DNA of 64,000 nucleotides from an uncultured Gemmatimonadales bacterium (GCA_963842945.1 CAWJIM010000024.1:128001-192000), one strand, 5' to 3'; positions 12,154-23,197 are shown, counted from the stretch's first letter. A program made the numbers and translations. The notes: generated by a model from the letters alone, not told the origin.

Positions 12154-13057
12154 ATGCCGAAAACCCTGATCGGGGCGGATGTCGGAGGGACCAAGACCGC
12201 AGTCGGTGTGTCTCACGACGGGAAGATCGTGGGTCGCGCCGACGGGCCCGGAGCCGCGGTTCGGCCGGGCCGGGCACTGGCGTCGGCCAGCACGATTGTG
12301 GAAGTGGTGCGGGCCGCGCTGTCCAGCGCCGGCCGGCTTCGGGGCGACGTGCTGGTGGTGGGTGCGGCCGGTGCGGGCCGGGAGCCGGAGCGAGACGAGT
12401 TGCGCACCGCGCTACGGAACGAGAACATCGCCTCCCACGTGATGGTCACCACCGACATCGAGGTCGCCCTGGCCGGCGCCTTCGCCGATGGGCCCGGCAT
12501 CGTGGTAAGCGCGGGCACCGGAAGCGTCGCGGTAGGCCGGGATCAGACAGGGAACCGCCACCGGATGGGCGGCTACGGCTGGCAGATGGGCGACGAGGGA
12601 AGTGGCTACGCGATTGGACGGGCGTCGCTCGGCGCCGTGAGCCGCGCCCGCGACGGCCGGAGTCCCCCGACCGCGCTGAGTGAGCGGATCCTGCAGGTCA
12701 CCCGGAGCGCCGACTTCGATGCTCTGGTGCGCTGGGCGGCCGGGGCCTCGCCCGCCGAAGTAGCGGCCCTCGCTCCCCACGTGCTCGAGGTCGGTGCCGG
12801 GGGCGACACCCTGGCACAAGGGTATTGCCGATTATGCGGCGCGAGAGCTGTCCCAGCTCGCCATCTGCCTGTTGCCCAAGATGGAGGTCACGCCACCGGT
12901 GCCAGTGGCGATTACCGGCGGCTTGCTCAACGGCCATCAGCCGCTCCGCCAGGCGCTCCTCGCCAAGCTCCGCGAGGAGTCCGCGTTTCAGCCTACCGAA
13001 GCGCCGGTGGACGCCGTCGCCGGCGCGCTGCGACTGGCCGAATCGGTCGAGCTCTAA
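12154..13057 (+). CDS. BadF-type N-acetylglucosamine/MurNAc kinase (MurK-like); frameshift near 12820
   Basis: DVGGTKT, SAGTGS and GGYGWQMGDEGSGYAIG motifs. Confidence 0.85.
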
Positions 13058-14692
13058 CTCGCCCGCCGGCTTGTCCTGGGAAAACCGCCCACCAACCCGG
13101 CTGTGCCGGATTCCATAGAGCACGTAGATCACCAGGCCAAGAGCGAGCCAGATGCCGAACCGGATCCAGGTGAGGGTCGGGAGCTGGAGCATGAGGTAGA
13201 GACAGGCCACGATCGAGATGATCGGGGTGAGGGGAACCAACGGCGCCCGGAATGGCCGCACCCGGTTGGGCTCGATCCGGCGGAGCACGATCACACCGGC
13301 CGACACCAGCACGAAGGCAAACAGCGTCCCGATGTTGGTGAGGTCCACCACCTCGGCGATGTTGGCGAATGCCGCAAAGGTCGCGACGAAGGTGCCGGTG
13401 ATGATGGTGCCGATGTAGGGCGTCTTGAAGCGGGGATGCACCCGCGCCAGAAACGGCGGGAGCAGGCCATCCCGCGCCATCGACATGAAGATCCGGGGCT
13501 GGCCCAGCTGAAACACCAGCAGCACGCTGCTCATGGCGACCACCGCGCCGAGCGATACGATGAATCGCGAGATGCTGAGCAGCCGGGGTGAGCCGTCGGC
13601 CAGCGCGAGCGCGGTGATCATCGGCTCGGCCGTGCCCAGCCGGTTCCACGGCGCCATCCCGGTCATGACCAGCGACAGGACGATGTAGAGCACCGTGCAG
13701 ACCACCAGGCTCATGATGATGCCGAAGGGCATGTCCCGCGCCGGGTCCTTCGCTTCCTCCGCCGCGGTCGATGTCGCGTCGAAGCCGATGTAGCTGAAGA
13801 AGATGATCGCCGCGCCCGCACTGATCCCGGCCCAGCCGTTGGGGGCGAAGCCGCCCAGCGCGGGATCGGTCCAGTGGTGCGGCTTGATCAGGGTGAGCCC
13901 GACCGCGCAGAAGAACAGGATCACCCCGATCTTGAGCAGCACCATCGCGTTGTTCGAGTTGGCCGACTCCCGGATGCCGATGACCAGGATCACGGTGATC
14001 AACGCCACGACGAGAAAGGCCGGCAGATTGGCGATCACCGGGAACCCGAACAGATGCGGTGCCGTCGTCAGGGCCGAGGCCAGGTAGGTGGACGAGGCAT
14101 CGGTGGCCCCCGAAGCCACCGCCTGGGCGGCCATGTGGGCGGAGCGATAGTCCGTGGCGAGCCAGGCCGGCAATGAGATTCCGAAATGGGAGAGCAGCTC
14201 GCGAAAGTAACCGGCCCAGCCGATGGCCACTCCGATGTTGCCCACCGCGTACTCGATGATCAGGTCCCAGCCGATGATCCAGGCCACCAGCTCGCCCAGC
14301 GAGGCGTAGGCGTAGGTGTAGGCCGATCCCGAGATCGGGACCATCGCGGCAAATTCGGCGTAGCAGAGCGCGGCGAATCCGCAGGTGAGTGCGGTCAGAA
14401 GGAAGGAGATGACGATGGCCGGGCCCGCCCCTGGGCGCAGCGGATCGCCCACGATCGCGGTGCCGGTGGTGGCGAAGATTCCGGCGCCGATCGTGGCCCC
14501 GACTCCGAGCGCGGTGAGATGCCACTTGTTGAGCGAGCGCCGGAGACCGCCCCGCTCCCGGATGTCGTCTTCGCAGTCCTGGATGGATTTCCGGACGAAG
14601 AGCCGGCTTATCGTGGGCTTATGAGATGCAGTCGAGCCGGAGCTCGACCGCTTGGCTTTGTCGGGATCAGGTGGCTTGGCTGCAGCAGTCAC
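13054..14692 (-). CDS. APC-family amino acid permease; 3' end uncertain
   Basis: GATIGAGIF, YAEFAAMVPISGSAYTY, FFSYIGFD and EEAKDP motifs. Confidence 0.9.
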
Positions 14693-15516
14693 GAGCTGCT
14701 CTTTCCAGGGAGAGTGAAGGAGATTCTGGTGGTGCCGGGAATTGAGGTTCCGTCCGGCGCTCGGGCCGGGGTGAAGCGGAAGGCGCGCATGACCTCGTCG
14801 AACTTCTTGGCGTAGTCGCGATCTTTGATCTGAGGTTCGACCAGGTAGCGCTCGACTCTTCCGTCGGGCCGAACCCAGAAGGTCACGTTGAGCGAAAGCC
14901 CGCGCAACTCCTTGGGCGGATTGTCGAAGGGGAAGGCCATGTCGCGAGGCTCGGGAGGCCGCGCCTTCCCGCCTTCACCACCACCGCCGGTGCCGCCGCC
15001 CGCTCCCGCCGTTCCCTTGCCGGAGCCCTGACCACCTTGGCCGGCATTCCCGGCCCCTGCTCCGCCGCCTCCGCTTCGAGCCGTGTCAGCGACCGCAACC
15101 GCCGGCTGCCGACTCGCACTGGTGTCCGCGTTCTCCGGCGCGACGACCTTGGGCTCGGGCGGAGGAACCGGACGACTGACAACAGGGCGCGGAGTCGGAA
15201 CGGGAGGAGGTGGCCTGTGCGCCGGAGGCGTTTCCGCCTTCGGTAATGAAGGCAGCGTAATATACGCCACCCGGGGACCTCCGCCACCGCCACCGGCGCT
15301 CGCACTGCCCGACCGTCCCGGAAAACCGGGAGCCGGTGTCCGGCCCCAGATCTTCTCTCCCCTGGCCACCAACGCTGCAAGCAACACAACGTGCAATCCC
15401 AGGGACAGAATCAGCCCGAGTGGGCGCTGGCGGGAAACTGGCGGCTTGAGGGTGAATGGCGCAGACGGGCGCGTGGCTGCCTCAGGTTGGAGGACGAGAA
15501 GCGTTCGACTGAACAT
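14689..15516 (-). CDS. TonB-like protein (TM anchor, Pro/Gly-rich linker, C-terminal domain)
   Basis: SLGLH TM motif, Pro-rich then Gly-rich linker, C-terminal FRFTPAR. Confidence 0.7.
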   Translation of the reverse strand: MFSRTLLVLQPEAATRPSAPFTLKPPVSRQRPLGLILSLGLHVVLLAALVARGEKIWGRTPAPGFPGRSGSASAGGGGGGPRVAYITLPSLPKAETPPAHRPPPPVPTPRPVVSRPVPPPEPKVVAPENADTSASRQPAVAVADTARSGGGGAGAGNAGQGGQGSGKGTAGAGGGTGGGGEGGKARPPEPRDMAFPFDNPPKELRGLSLNVTFWVRPDGRVERYLVEPQIKDRDYAKKFDEVMRAFRFTPARAPDGTSIPGTTRISFTLPGKSSS

Positions 15517-15553
15517 ACACCAGTGACGTTGCAGCGGGACACGAGAGCACGGC

Positions 15554-15704
15554 GTAGGACGGCAAAGACGGGAAAGTCGGGAAGGACGGGAAGGTATGCG
15601 AGTCAGGAAAAAGAGGCAGTCGGGGGTGTTCTCCCTGACTGCCTCCTCTCCCATGTCAGCACACCTTCCCGCCCTTCCCGTCCTTCCCGCCTTTCCCGTC
15701 CTAC
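15554..15704. repeat. Palindromic element with tandem 9-mer arms (gacgggaag) and an inner hairpin
   Basis: 46-bp arms 15554-15599 and 15659-15704 match 40/46 as reverse complements; inner stem gaggcagtcggggg/ctccctgactgcctc. Confidence 0.9.
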
Positions 15705-16136
15705 TTCGGCGCCTGCCTGCTGCTTCTCCGCCTCCCGGGGGGTGAACCCGATGATCTGGACTCCCGCGCCACGGGCCACGTCCATCGCCTCGATCACATC
15801 CTGATAGAGCCGGTTCGGTCCGGCCTTGATGAACAAGAGCTTGGCCGGACGCTGATCGTAGATCGCGTGGATCTGGGTGTCCAGCTGGTCCCGGGGGACC
15901 GGCTGGCCGTTGATGGAGTAGCCTCCGCCGTCGGCCAGCTCGAGCACGATCTGGCTGGGCGGTGCCTTGGTCGTCTGGGGCGTATCGGGCGGCGGCACCT
16001 GGACATCCAGCGCCATCCGGCTCAAGGGCTGGGTGATCATGAAGATGATCAGCAGCACCAGGAGCACGTCGATCATCGGCGTGACGTTGATGTCCGACTG
16101 CACCCCACCGGAGGAGGCCCCTGCGGTCATTGCCAT
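15701..16136 (-). CDS. exbD: ExbD/TolR; true stop probably the TAG at 15701
   Basis: INVTPMIDVLLVLLIIFMI motif. Confidence 0.88.
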
Positions 16137-16138
16137 GG

Positions 16139-16603
16139 TTACTTCTTCTCCTTCTTGTCGTCATCGCCGAACACGACCGCCTTGTTCGGTTCGGTGATCG
16201 CAGCCATGACCCGGACGCCGGAGCGCCGCGCCGTTTCCACGGCTTCCTGTACCTTGGAGTACTTCAGCTGATTGTCGGCCTTGAAGTACAGGATCTTGTC
16301 CTCGGTCCGGGAAGCGAAGGTCGAGCGAAGCTGGTCCTCCAGCGCGCCGCCCGGGATGGGCCGGCCATTCAGGAAATAATTCCCGCTCTGGTCGATGCCC
16401 AGCACGACTTCGTTCTCGCCTTCGGGCCGGGGATCCAGGTTCTTTCCCTTGGGCAGGGTGGCCTTGAACCCGGCCGCGATCAGTGGGGTCACGATCATGA
16501 AGATGATCAGGAGCACCAGCATCACGTCGATCATCGGCGTGACGTTGATGTCCGACTTGACCGCCGTCCCGCCGGCGCCGCCGCTACCCGTGGATATGGC
16601 CAC
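16139..16603 (-). CDS. exbD: ExbD/TolR
   Basis: INVTPMIDVMLVLLIIFMI and YFKAD motifs. Confidence 0.92.
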   Translation of the reverse strand: MAISTGSGGAGGTAVKSDINVTPMIDVMLVLLIIFMIVTPLIAAGFKATLPKGKNLDPRPEGENEVVLGIDQSGNYFLNGRPIPGGALEDQLRSTFASRTEDKILYFKADNQLKYSKVQEAVETARRSGVRVMAAITEPNKAVVFGDDDKKEKK

Positions 16604-17333
16604 TGCCGGTCACCGCCTTCTGGGCCTGGAATTCCTTGGTGAAGATCGAACGCCCGAACTCGCTCCCCACGCTCTTGATCAGGTAGTCGATCAGCTCCTT
16701 GGAGCCGTACGTCATCTCGACCGTCAGATTCTCGATCTTGGTGGTGAAGTAGTTGTAGGCCCACACCGCGGGAATCGCCACCATCAGGCCGAAGGCCGTG
16801 GTGATCAGCGCTTCGGCGATACCGGCGGAGATGCCGGCCAGACCGCCCGAGGCGCCCTGCTGCGCCATGCCCACGAACGCGTTCACGATACCCATGGTGG
16901 TGCCGAGCAGTCCGACGAAGGGCGCGGTCGAGCCGACCGTACCCAGCACGCCGAGTCCGCGCTTGAACTCCGACAACACGATCAGCATCTGCCGCTCGAC
17001 CGCCCGCTCGGCCGAGTTGATGTCGGCGGCGGTGATGGTGGCGCGGTCCCGCAGCAGCGGCTTCACCTCGAAGAGCGCCTCGCCCACGACGCGCGACAGG
17101 TGGCTCTTCTTGTTCTTCTCCGCCAGCGCGATCGCCTGGTCCAGGTTCTCCTCCTGGATGGCGCGGGAGAACTGGGGCGCGAACTTCCGGGTCTCGCGCT
17201 CACTCCGCTTCAGCTGGATGAGTTTGGTGATGACGATGGTGAGGGAATAGATGGACATGATCGCCAGGACGACCACGATGCCCTTGGCGAAGGCACCCAT
17301 CTGACCCCACAGGTGAAGTAGATCTACACTCAT
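16584..17333 (-). CDS. exbB: MotA/TolQ/ExbB proton channel
   Basis: APFVGLLGT and GIAEALITTAFGLMVAIPA motifs. Confidence 0.93.
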   Translation of the reverse strand: MSVDLLHLWGQMGAFAKGIVVVLAIMSIYSLTIVITKLIQLKRSERETRKFAPQFSRAIQEENLDQAIALAEKNKKSHLSRVVGEALFEVKPLLRDRATITAADINSAERAVERQMLIVLSEFKRGLGVLGTVGSTAPFVGLLGTTMGIVNAFVGMAQQGASGGLAGISAGIAEALITTAFGLMVAIPAVWAYNYFTTKIENLTVEMTYGSKELIDYLIKSVGSEFGRSIFTKEFQAQKAVTGSGHIHG

Positions 17334-17376
17334 GTTGTGTTGCCTCCAGGGGGAACGAAAGCTACGGCTGCGAGCG

Positions 17377-18075
17377 CTATTGCTGCTTGAATGAGACTGC
17401 CTGCTGGACCAACTGCCGGACCGGCCGCCCCTTGAACTTGGCCGGCTTGAAGACGCTCTTGAGAATGGCCTCCCGGGTCGGCTCGCCGAAGGCCGGGTGG
17501 CTGGTCTTCATGATCTTCAAGGAGTTGCCTTCCACGTGGCCGGTGGTGTCCACGATGAACTGCACCTCGACCCGTCCGGTTATTCCGGCGCTCGCCAGCA
17601 CCGGCGGATAGCGCGGCTGAGGCTGGGAGATGACCTGCACCGGGTCATCCAGCTGGGCCTCGAGGAACACTTCGCCGGTTACCGGACCGGTACCGCCCGC
17701 CACGCCGGTCCCGATGCCGCCCTCCACACCCTTACCGGTGAAGTCCCGGGGATCGAACGGCTTCTCGTTCAGATCGATCGGCGGAATGTCCTTGGGGATG
17801 TCGGTCGGCGCCACCACCGTCTGGAACCCCTTGGGCGGCGGGTTGGCCGCAACCACCACGTCCGGCGGGGGCTGGTCCGGCGGCGGCTTGGGGGGCTCCG
17901 GCGGCTTGAGGAACACCATGGTGGTGTCCACCGGACGGTTCTTCACGCTCTCGGCCACGCCCTGCGTCGCCTTGATGGCGCCGAAGATGATGAGGCCGTG
18001 GATCAGGAACGATAGAACCGTCTGTCCAACCGTGCGCTGATTCTTCTGCTTGGATTCGATCAGGTTCTCGAACAC
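17377..18075 (-). CDS. tonB: Energy transducer TonB
   Basis: SFLIH anchor, Pro-rich linker, PRYP...GRVEVQFIVD...FKPA C-terminal domain. Confidence 0.9.
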   Translation of the reverse strand: MFENLIESKQKNQRTVGQTVLSFLIHGLIIFGAIKATQGVAESVKNRPVDTTMVFLKPPEPPKPPPDQPPPDVVVAANPPPKGFQTVVAPTDIPKDIPPIDLNEKPFDPRDFTGKGVEGGIGTGVAGGTGPVTGEVFLEAQLDDPVQVISQPQPRYPPVLASAGITGRVEVQFIVDTTGHVEGNSLKIMKTSHPAFGEPTREAILKSVFKPAKFKGRPVRQLVQQAVSFKQQ

Positions 18076-18385
18076 GCAACTACCTCCAGGGGGAGGGTGA
18101 TCGTGCCCGGAAAGTAAGGCGCGCTGAAAACACCTGCTTTGCCCTCAGATGTCATTTCGATTACAGCCGCATTAGCAACTGCAACTGCTGCATCCGAAGG
18201 GCGGACACAACCCTACTCTGAGCTACAGAACTGCGGCGTGATCTGACTCACACGGCCTCGGCCTACGTTATCCCTCGCCCGGGTTTTGGCAAGCAACGTC
18301 CGCAGTACGGTGTCTGCGTAACTGCGGACCGCACTGGATGGTTCAGGATTGTCACGACAGGCAGAACCGGGTCGAGTCTTAGCCA

Positions 18386-18790
18386 ATGATTCACCACAGA
18401 GGCACAAAGGACACAGAGGGTCCGGCTCCCCAACTGACTCACGACATCGTGGGTGCAGCCATCGAGGTCCACCGGCAACTTGGACCAGGCCTCCTGGAAT
18501 CAGCATACGAAGCTTGTCTCAGTAGAGAATTGTCATTCCGGGGAATCGACCACAAGAGGCAGGTTTCACTGCCAGTGGAATACAGAGGTCTTCAAGTGGA
18601 ATGCGGCTACCGGCTGGATCTTGTAATCGCAAACGTGATCATCGAGGTCAAAGCAGTTCAAAAGGTACTTCCCATTCACCGTGCCCAGGTACTCACCTAT
18701 CTAAAGTTGACGGGTTACCGCCTTGGCTTGCTGATCAATTTCAATGTTGAAGTACTTCGCGCCGGTATCTACCGGATCATCAATGGATGA
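18386..18790 (+). CDS. GxxExxY protein (putative PD-(D/E)XK nuclease)
   Basis: [10 protein letters not shown] (GxxExxY), [20 protein letters not shown] and GLLINF motifs; more AT-rich than its neighbours. Confidence 0.92.
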   Translation: MIHHRGTKDTEGPAPQLTHDIVGAAIEVHRQLGPGLLESAYEACLSRELSFRGIDHKRQVSLPVEYRGLQVECGYRLDLVIANVIIEVKAVQKVLPIHRAQVLTYLKLTGYRLGLLINFNVEVLRAGIYRIING

Positions 18791-18826
18791 CGTTACCTCT
18801 GTGTCCTCTGTGCCTCTGTGGTGAAT
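18389..18826. mobile_element. Putative element: GxxExxY gene bounded by 31-bp inverted repeats
   Basis: 18389-18419 ATTCACCACAGAGGCACAAAGGACACAGAGG matches the reverse complement of 18796-18826 at 30/31. Mobility is inferred. Confidence 0.6.
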
Positions 18827-18905
18827 TCGCGGAGTTGCATTCCTGGCTCGCAAAGCGGTCTCGCATTGAACCTTCGGTTACGCCCTGCGGCTGTCCTGCC
18901 TGGTT

Positions 18906-20359
18906 TCAGCCGGACTTCGAATTCGGCTTCGGCAATCGCACGATAAACGTCGAACCTCGCCCCGGCCGGCTTTGCACCGTGATCGATCCGCCGTGCGCCT
19001 CCGCGATCCATTTGGTGATCGCCAGGCCCAGGCCGGTGCCGGGGCGCGCGCCGGTGCGCGAGCGGGCCTGGTCCGCCCGCCAGAACCGGTCGAAGATGTT
19101 CGGCAGGTCGCCGGGCGCGATGCCGATGCCGCTGTCCCGCACGGTAAACGTCACCGCTCCGTCGTCCTGTTCCAGATTCAACGCCACCGTCCCGCCCTGG
19201 GGCGTGTACTTGATGGCGTTGGTCACCATGTTGAGCAGCATCTCCCGGATCCGGTGCCGGTCCACCGCCAGCCGGACCGGGGTCTCGGGCATGCTGTGCA
19301 CCGCGCTCACCCCCGCCTGCTCGCCCAGCATTCCCGCGGTCTCCGCCACATCCGCCACCACCTCCCGGAGATCGCTTTCCTCCACCGCCAGCGGGGCCCG
19401 GCCTTCATCCGCCCGGGCGAGCGTCAGCAGGTTCTCCACCATCTCCGTCATCTGATTGATCTGGGCCAGTGTCTCGTCCAGCGACTGCAGCATTTCCGGC
19501 GGCGTCCCCGGATGGATCAGCGCCCGCTCCACCCCGGCCCGCAGCACCATCAGTGGCGTCTTGAGCTCGTGGCTGGCGTCGGCGGTGAAGCGGTGCAGGC
19601 TGGAGAAGCTGCGCTCCAGCCGGGCCAGCATGCCGTTCACCGTCGCGGCCAGCCGGGACGATCTCGTCGCCGCTGAGCGGTACCGCCAGCCGCCGGTGCA
19701 GGCTGGTGCCGTCGGAGATGGCGTCCACCTCGTCCATGATGCCCTGCACCGGTCTCAGGCTGGTGCCGGCCAGCCAGTTCCCCACCAGGATGGCGCCCAC
19801 CAGGATCACCGGAGCGATCAGCAGCATCGAGCGAAGCAGATCAGACGGTCCGAACGAGGCCTGCCGGGTGGGCGTGGCCACCAGGAGCCCGCCGATGGCG
19901 GGGCCGGCGTTGTCGATCGGCGTCACCAGATACTGCATGCTGCCCACCGGCGGGCCCACGTTGATCAGCGCCTGAATGGCGGCTGAGAGGCAGGGTGTCG
20001 AGCGGCGCGGTCAGGCTCTCCAGCGCCGGCGCGCTGAGTCCCCGGGCAATGTCGGAGAGCGCCAGAAGCTGGCCGGCGGTGTCGGCGACGATCAGGTAGT
20101 CGCGCGCGGCCTCGAGGTAGGCGCTGATTCCGGGGTCCAGCGTGGGATTGAGATTGGACGTGGTCACGATCCGGCCCAGCACCTTGTACGACTGGGCGAG
20201 CCAGCGCTGCGCCAGGTCCGCTTCGAGGGTGAGGCGCTGGTCCAGCTCCCGCACGCTGGCCTGCCGGCGCTCGATGTAGAGCGCGGTTCCAAATGCCAGC
20301 ACCGTCACCGCGAGCGCCACCGTATACCAGAAGGTGAGTCGCAGGCGGATGGTCGCCAT
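18906..20359 (-). CDS. HAMP-domain membrane sensor histidine kinase; frameshifts near 19975 and 19655
   Basis: ASHELKTPL, NAIKY, DSGIGI and GTGLGLAI motifs; two TM segments. Confidence 0.9.
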
Positions 20360-20360
20360 G

Positions 20361-21029
20361 TCAGGCCTTTACGACGTACCCGACGCCGCGAACGGTGTGC
20401 ACCAGCTTCTGGGCGTGCCCGGTGTCCACCTTCTTGCGCAGCCGGTTGATCACCACGTCCACGATGTTGGTGCCGGGGTCGAAGTGATAGTCCCAGGCAT
20501 ACTCGGTGATCAGCGTCCGGGACATCACCCTGCCGGCGTGCCGCATGAGATACTCCAGCACGGTGTATTCCTTGGGCGTGAGCTCGATCCGCTCGCCGCC
20601 CCGCCTGACCTCCCGGGTCTCACCGTCCAGCTCCAGGTCGCCCACCTTCAGCACCGGAGAGCGGATCTCCTTGGGCCGGCGGCCCAGCGCCTCCACCCGG
20701 GCCAGCAGCTCCTCGAAGGCAAACGGCTTGGTCACGTAGTCGTCGGCGCCGGAGCGGAGCGCCTGCACCTTGAAGTCCACCGCGTCCTGCGCGGTCAGCA
20801 CCAGCACCGGCGTGGTGTTTCCCCGGTCGCGCAGGGTGCGCAACACCTCCAGGCCGTTCATCTCCGGCAGCCGGAGGTCCAGCACGATCAGATCGTAGCG
20901 CCCGCCCGAGGCGAGTCGCAGCCCTTCCATGCCGTCGTCCACCAGATCGGCGTGATAGCGCTGCTCCTCCAGACCGCGCTTGACGTACTGGCCCACGGTG
21001 CGGTCGTCTTCCACCACCAGGATTTTCAT
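20361..21029 (-). CDS. OmpR-family response regulator
   Basis: [25 protein letters not shown] and TVRGVGY motifs. Confidence 0.95.
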   Translation of the reverse strand: MKILVVEDDRTVGQYVKRGLEEQRYHADLVDDGMEGLRLASGGRYDLIVLDLRLPEMNGLEVLRTLRDRGNTTPVLVLTAQDAVDFKVQALRSGADDYVTKPFAFEELLARVEALGRRPKEIRSPVLKVGDLELDGETREVRRGGERIELTPKEYTVLEYLMRHAGRVMSRTLITEYAWDYHFDPGTNIVDVVINRLRKKVDTGHAQKLVHTVRGVGYVVKA

Positions 21030-22536
21030 GGATGGACCGGCAGAAATACCCGGAACGTCGATCCCCGGCCGGGCTGGCTCTCCACTTCGATCCGGCCCCG
21101 GTGGTCCTCCACGATGCCGTAGCAGATGGAGAGCCCCAGCCCGGTGCCGCGCCCCGGGCGGCTTGGTGGTGTAGAACGGCTCGAAGATCTTGGACTGGTC
21201 TGCCCGGGGAATGCCCACCCCGTTGTCCTCGATCTCGGCAACCACCTCGTCCGCCTGGTTGGGATTGCGTCCGGTCCGCACCGTGAGCTTTCCCCGGCCC
21301 TCGTTCATGGCGTCCACGGCGTTCAGCATCAGCGCCATGAACACCTGAGTGAGCTGCTCCGCGTTCCCGGTGATGGGGGGAATCGAGCCGTCCAGCTCCC
21401 GGACCAGGCGTGAGCCGCTTGAACTTCTGATGGTGTTTCAGCAGGAACAGCGTCTCCTCCAGAACCGCGTTCAATACGACTCTGGCCTTGGCCTTTCCCT
21501 TGGGGCGGCTGAAGTCGAGCAGGCCATCCACGATCCGGGTGCAGCGGTCGACTTCCTTGTCGATGATCTCCAGATACTCATCCACCCTGGTCCGCTCGGC
21601 CGGCTTCAGGGCGTCCAGCCGCCCGCTGATCGCGGCGACGCAGGCGCTGATGGTCGCCAGCGGGTTGTTGATCTCGTGCATGACGCCGGCGGCAAGCTGG
21701 CCGATGGCCGCCAGCTTTTCGCTCTGCATGATCTGCCCCTGGATCCGGCGCGACTCGGTCACGTCCTCACCGATGGTGATCGACGTGGCTGATCTCGTCG
21801 CCGTCGAGCCGCATCGGAATCTTGCTCAGGCGGAAGGACCGGAGCTCGCCACCGAGGGTGACGTCGAGCTCGTCCTGCACGATCTCGCCGGTCTGGAAGA
21901 CCCGGTCGAAGTCGGCCCGGAGCATCTCCGCCGGCTGACGCGTCAGTACCTCGAACACCCGCCGGCCTACCACCTCATCCCGCCTGAGGCCGGGTGCGCC
22001 GACCTCCCGCTGCCGGTTCCAGAGCTTGATCCGATAATCCCGATCGATCACGTAGAGTCCCACCGGCAGGCTGTCGATCACCAGGCTGATGAACCGCCGC
22101 TGTTCCTCGATCTCGCGGGACTGGGCCGCAACCTCGATCGCGAGATCGGCCGACAGCGCCAAGGAGGCGAGGTAGGGCGCCAGCAGGTCGGCGATGATGA
22201 CCAGGATCTCGCGCTGTTCCGGGTCCTGCTCCGGAACCACCTCGAGCAGCCCCATCAGCGCCTCTTCGTGCTCCAGCGAGAGCCGTATCCCCGAGCCGTT
22301 GCGGGGAATGGCCTGCAGCGACTCCACCAGGGCCGGCTTCCCTTCTTCTCCAGGGGCGAGCTCACCGCTCGGAATCCACTGGTTTGCGGATCGCGAAACC
22401 AGACCATCACCTGGTCCGCCGGCAGCCCGGTCCGGAGCAGCTCCACCACGGCGGCCAGCGCGTCACCCGCTTCTCCGCCGGCGTTGAGCAGTTTGGCTGC
22501 CTGGCCCACCAGCGCCACTCCATCGGACGTCTTCAA
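21026..22536 (-). CDS. PAS-domain NtrB-like histidine kinase; several frameshifts
   Basis: [35 protein letters not shown] and GTGLGLSI spread across frames. Confidence 0.85.
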
Positions 22537-22994
22537 TGGGGGCTCCGCCGGCCGGGAGAGGCCACGGCCACACTCAGGATCCGCCAGTCGTCGTCGATCC
22601 GACGGAGCACGATGTGCTCGACCCAGTCTCCCTCGATGGCAGTCGGTCCCGACGGAGTGACCCGCCGGGTGGTCAGCCAGGCCGCGGCTAGATCTCCGTC
22701 CTGCCTGAGATCAGTGCGCACCACCCGAACATCGAAGTTCCGGGGCTCCACCCCGCGGAGCCACCGCTCCATGCTCCGCAGTGCGGCGTCGATGGGAACC
22801 GCCTGATGGTAGCTCGCCGGCGCGCCCGGACCGATGGGGCCGGCGTAGCTCCCGTCCTGCCAGAACAGCGAGCGCACTCCGCTCCAGTCCCTGGCTGAGA
22901 GACGTCGGGCGTAGCGGCTGAGCAGATGTTGAATGGTGTCCTCGTCACGGCGAGACCCGGTGGGGGTACGATCTTCGATCTGGCACCCCACCAT
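22533..22994 (-). CDS. NTF2/SnoaL-like protein, probable lipoprotein
   Basis: IQHLLSRYARRLSARDW...LRRIDDDWRI pattern; LMVGC lipobox. Confidence 0.65.
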   Translation of the reverse strand: MVGCQIEDRTPTGSRRDEDTIQHLLSRYARRLSARDWSGVRSLFWQDGSYAGPIGPGAPASYHQAVPIDAALRSMERWLRGVEPRNFDVRVVRTDLRQDGDLAAAWLTTRRVTPSGPTAIEGDWVEHIVLRRIDDDWRILSVAVASPGRRSPH

Positions 22995-23032
22995 CAGGAG
23001 GCCGATCCAGAGCGCCGCGATCTGTGGTGCCC

Positions 23033-23185
23033 TTACGCGGATCGTCGGTGGGCCTCCAGTTGCGCGAACAGCTCCTCATTCTGGCGGCGGGTGCAGACCG
23101 AGGTAAACGCGGTCATGTCCACCCCCGCCGTCGATGGCAGGGTGAAATCGGATGCTGGAGTGCCCGACGGCGGGAGCGAGGCCAT
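23033..23185 (-). pseudogene. Internally deleted peroxiredoxin (AhpC/TSA) remnant, 50-aa open frame
   Basis: Manual translation: MASLPPSGTPASDFTLPSTAGVDMTAFTSVCTRRQNEELFAQLEAHRRSA*. Confidence 0.7.
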
Positions 23186-23197
23186 GACGTCAGCGCG

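Noticed and set aside
15603..15700. ExbD tail 'ERREGREGREG'
   Set aside because: This is translation of the 9-mer repeat arm, probably after an indel; not a real domain.
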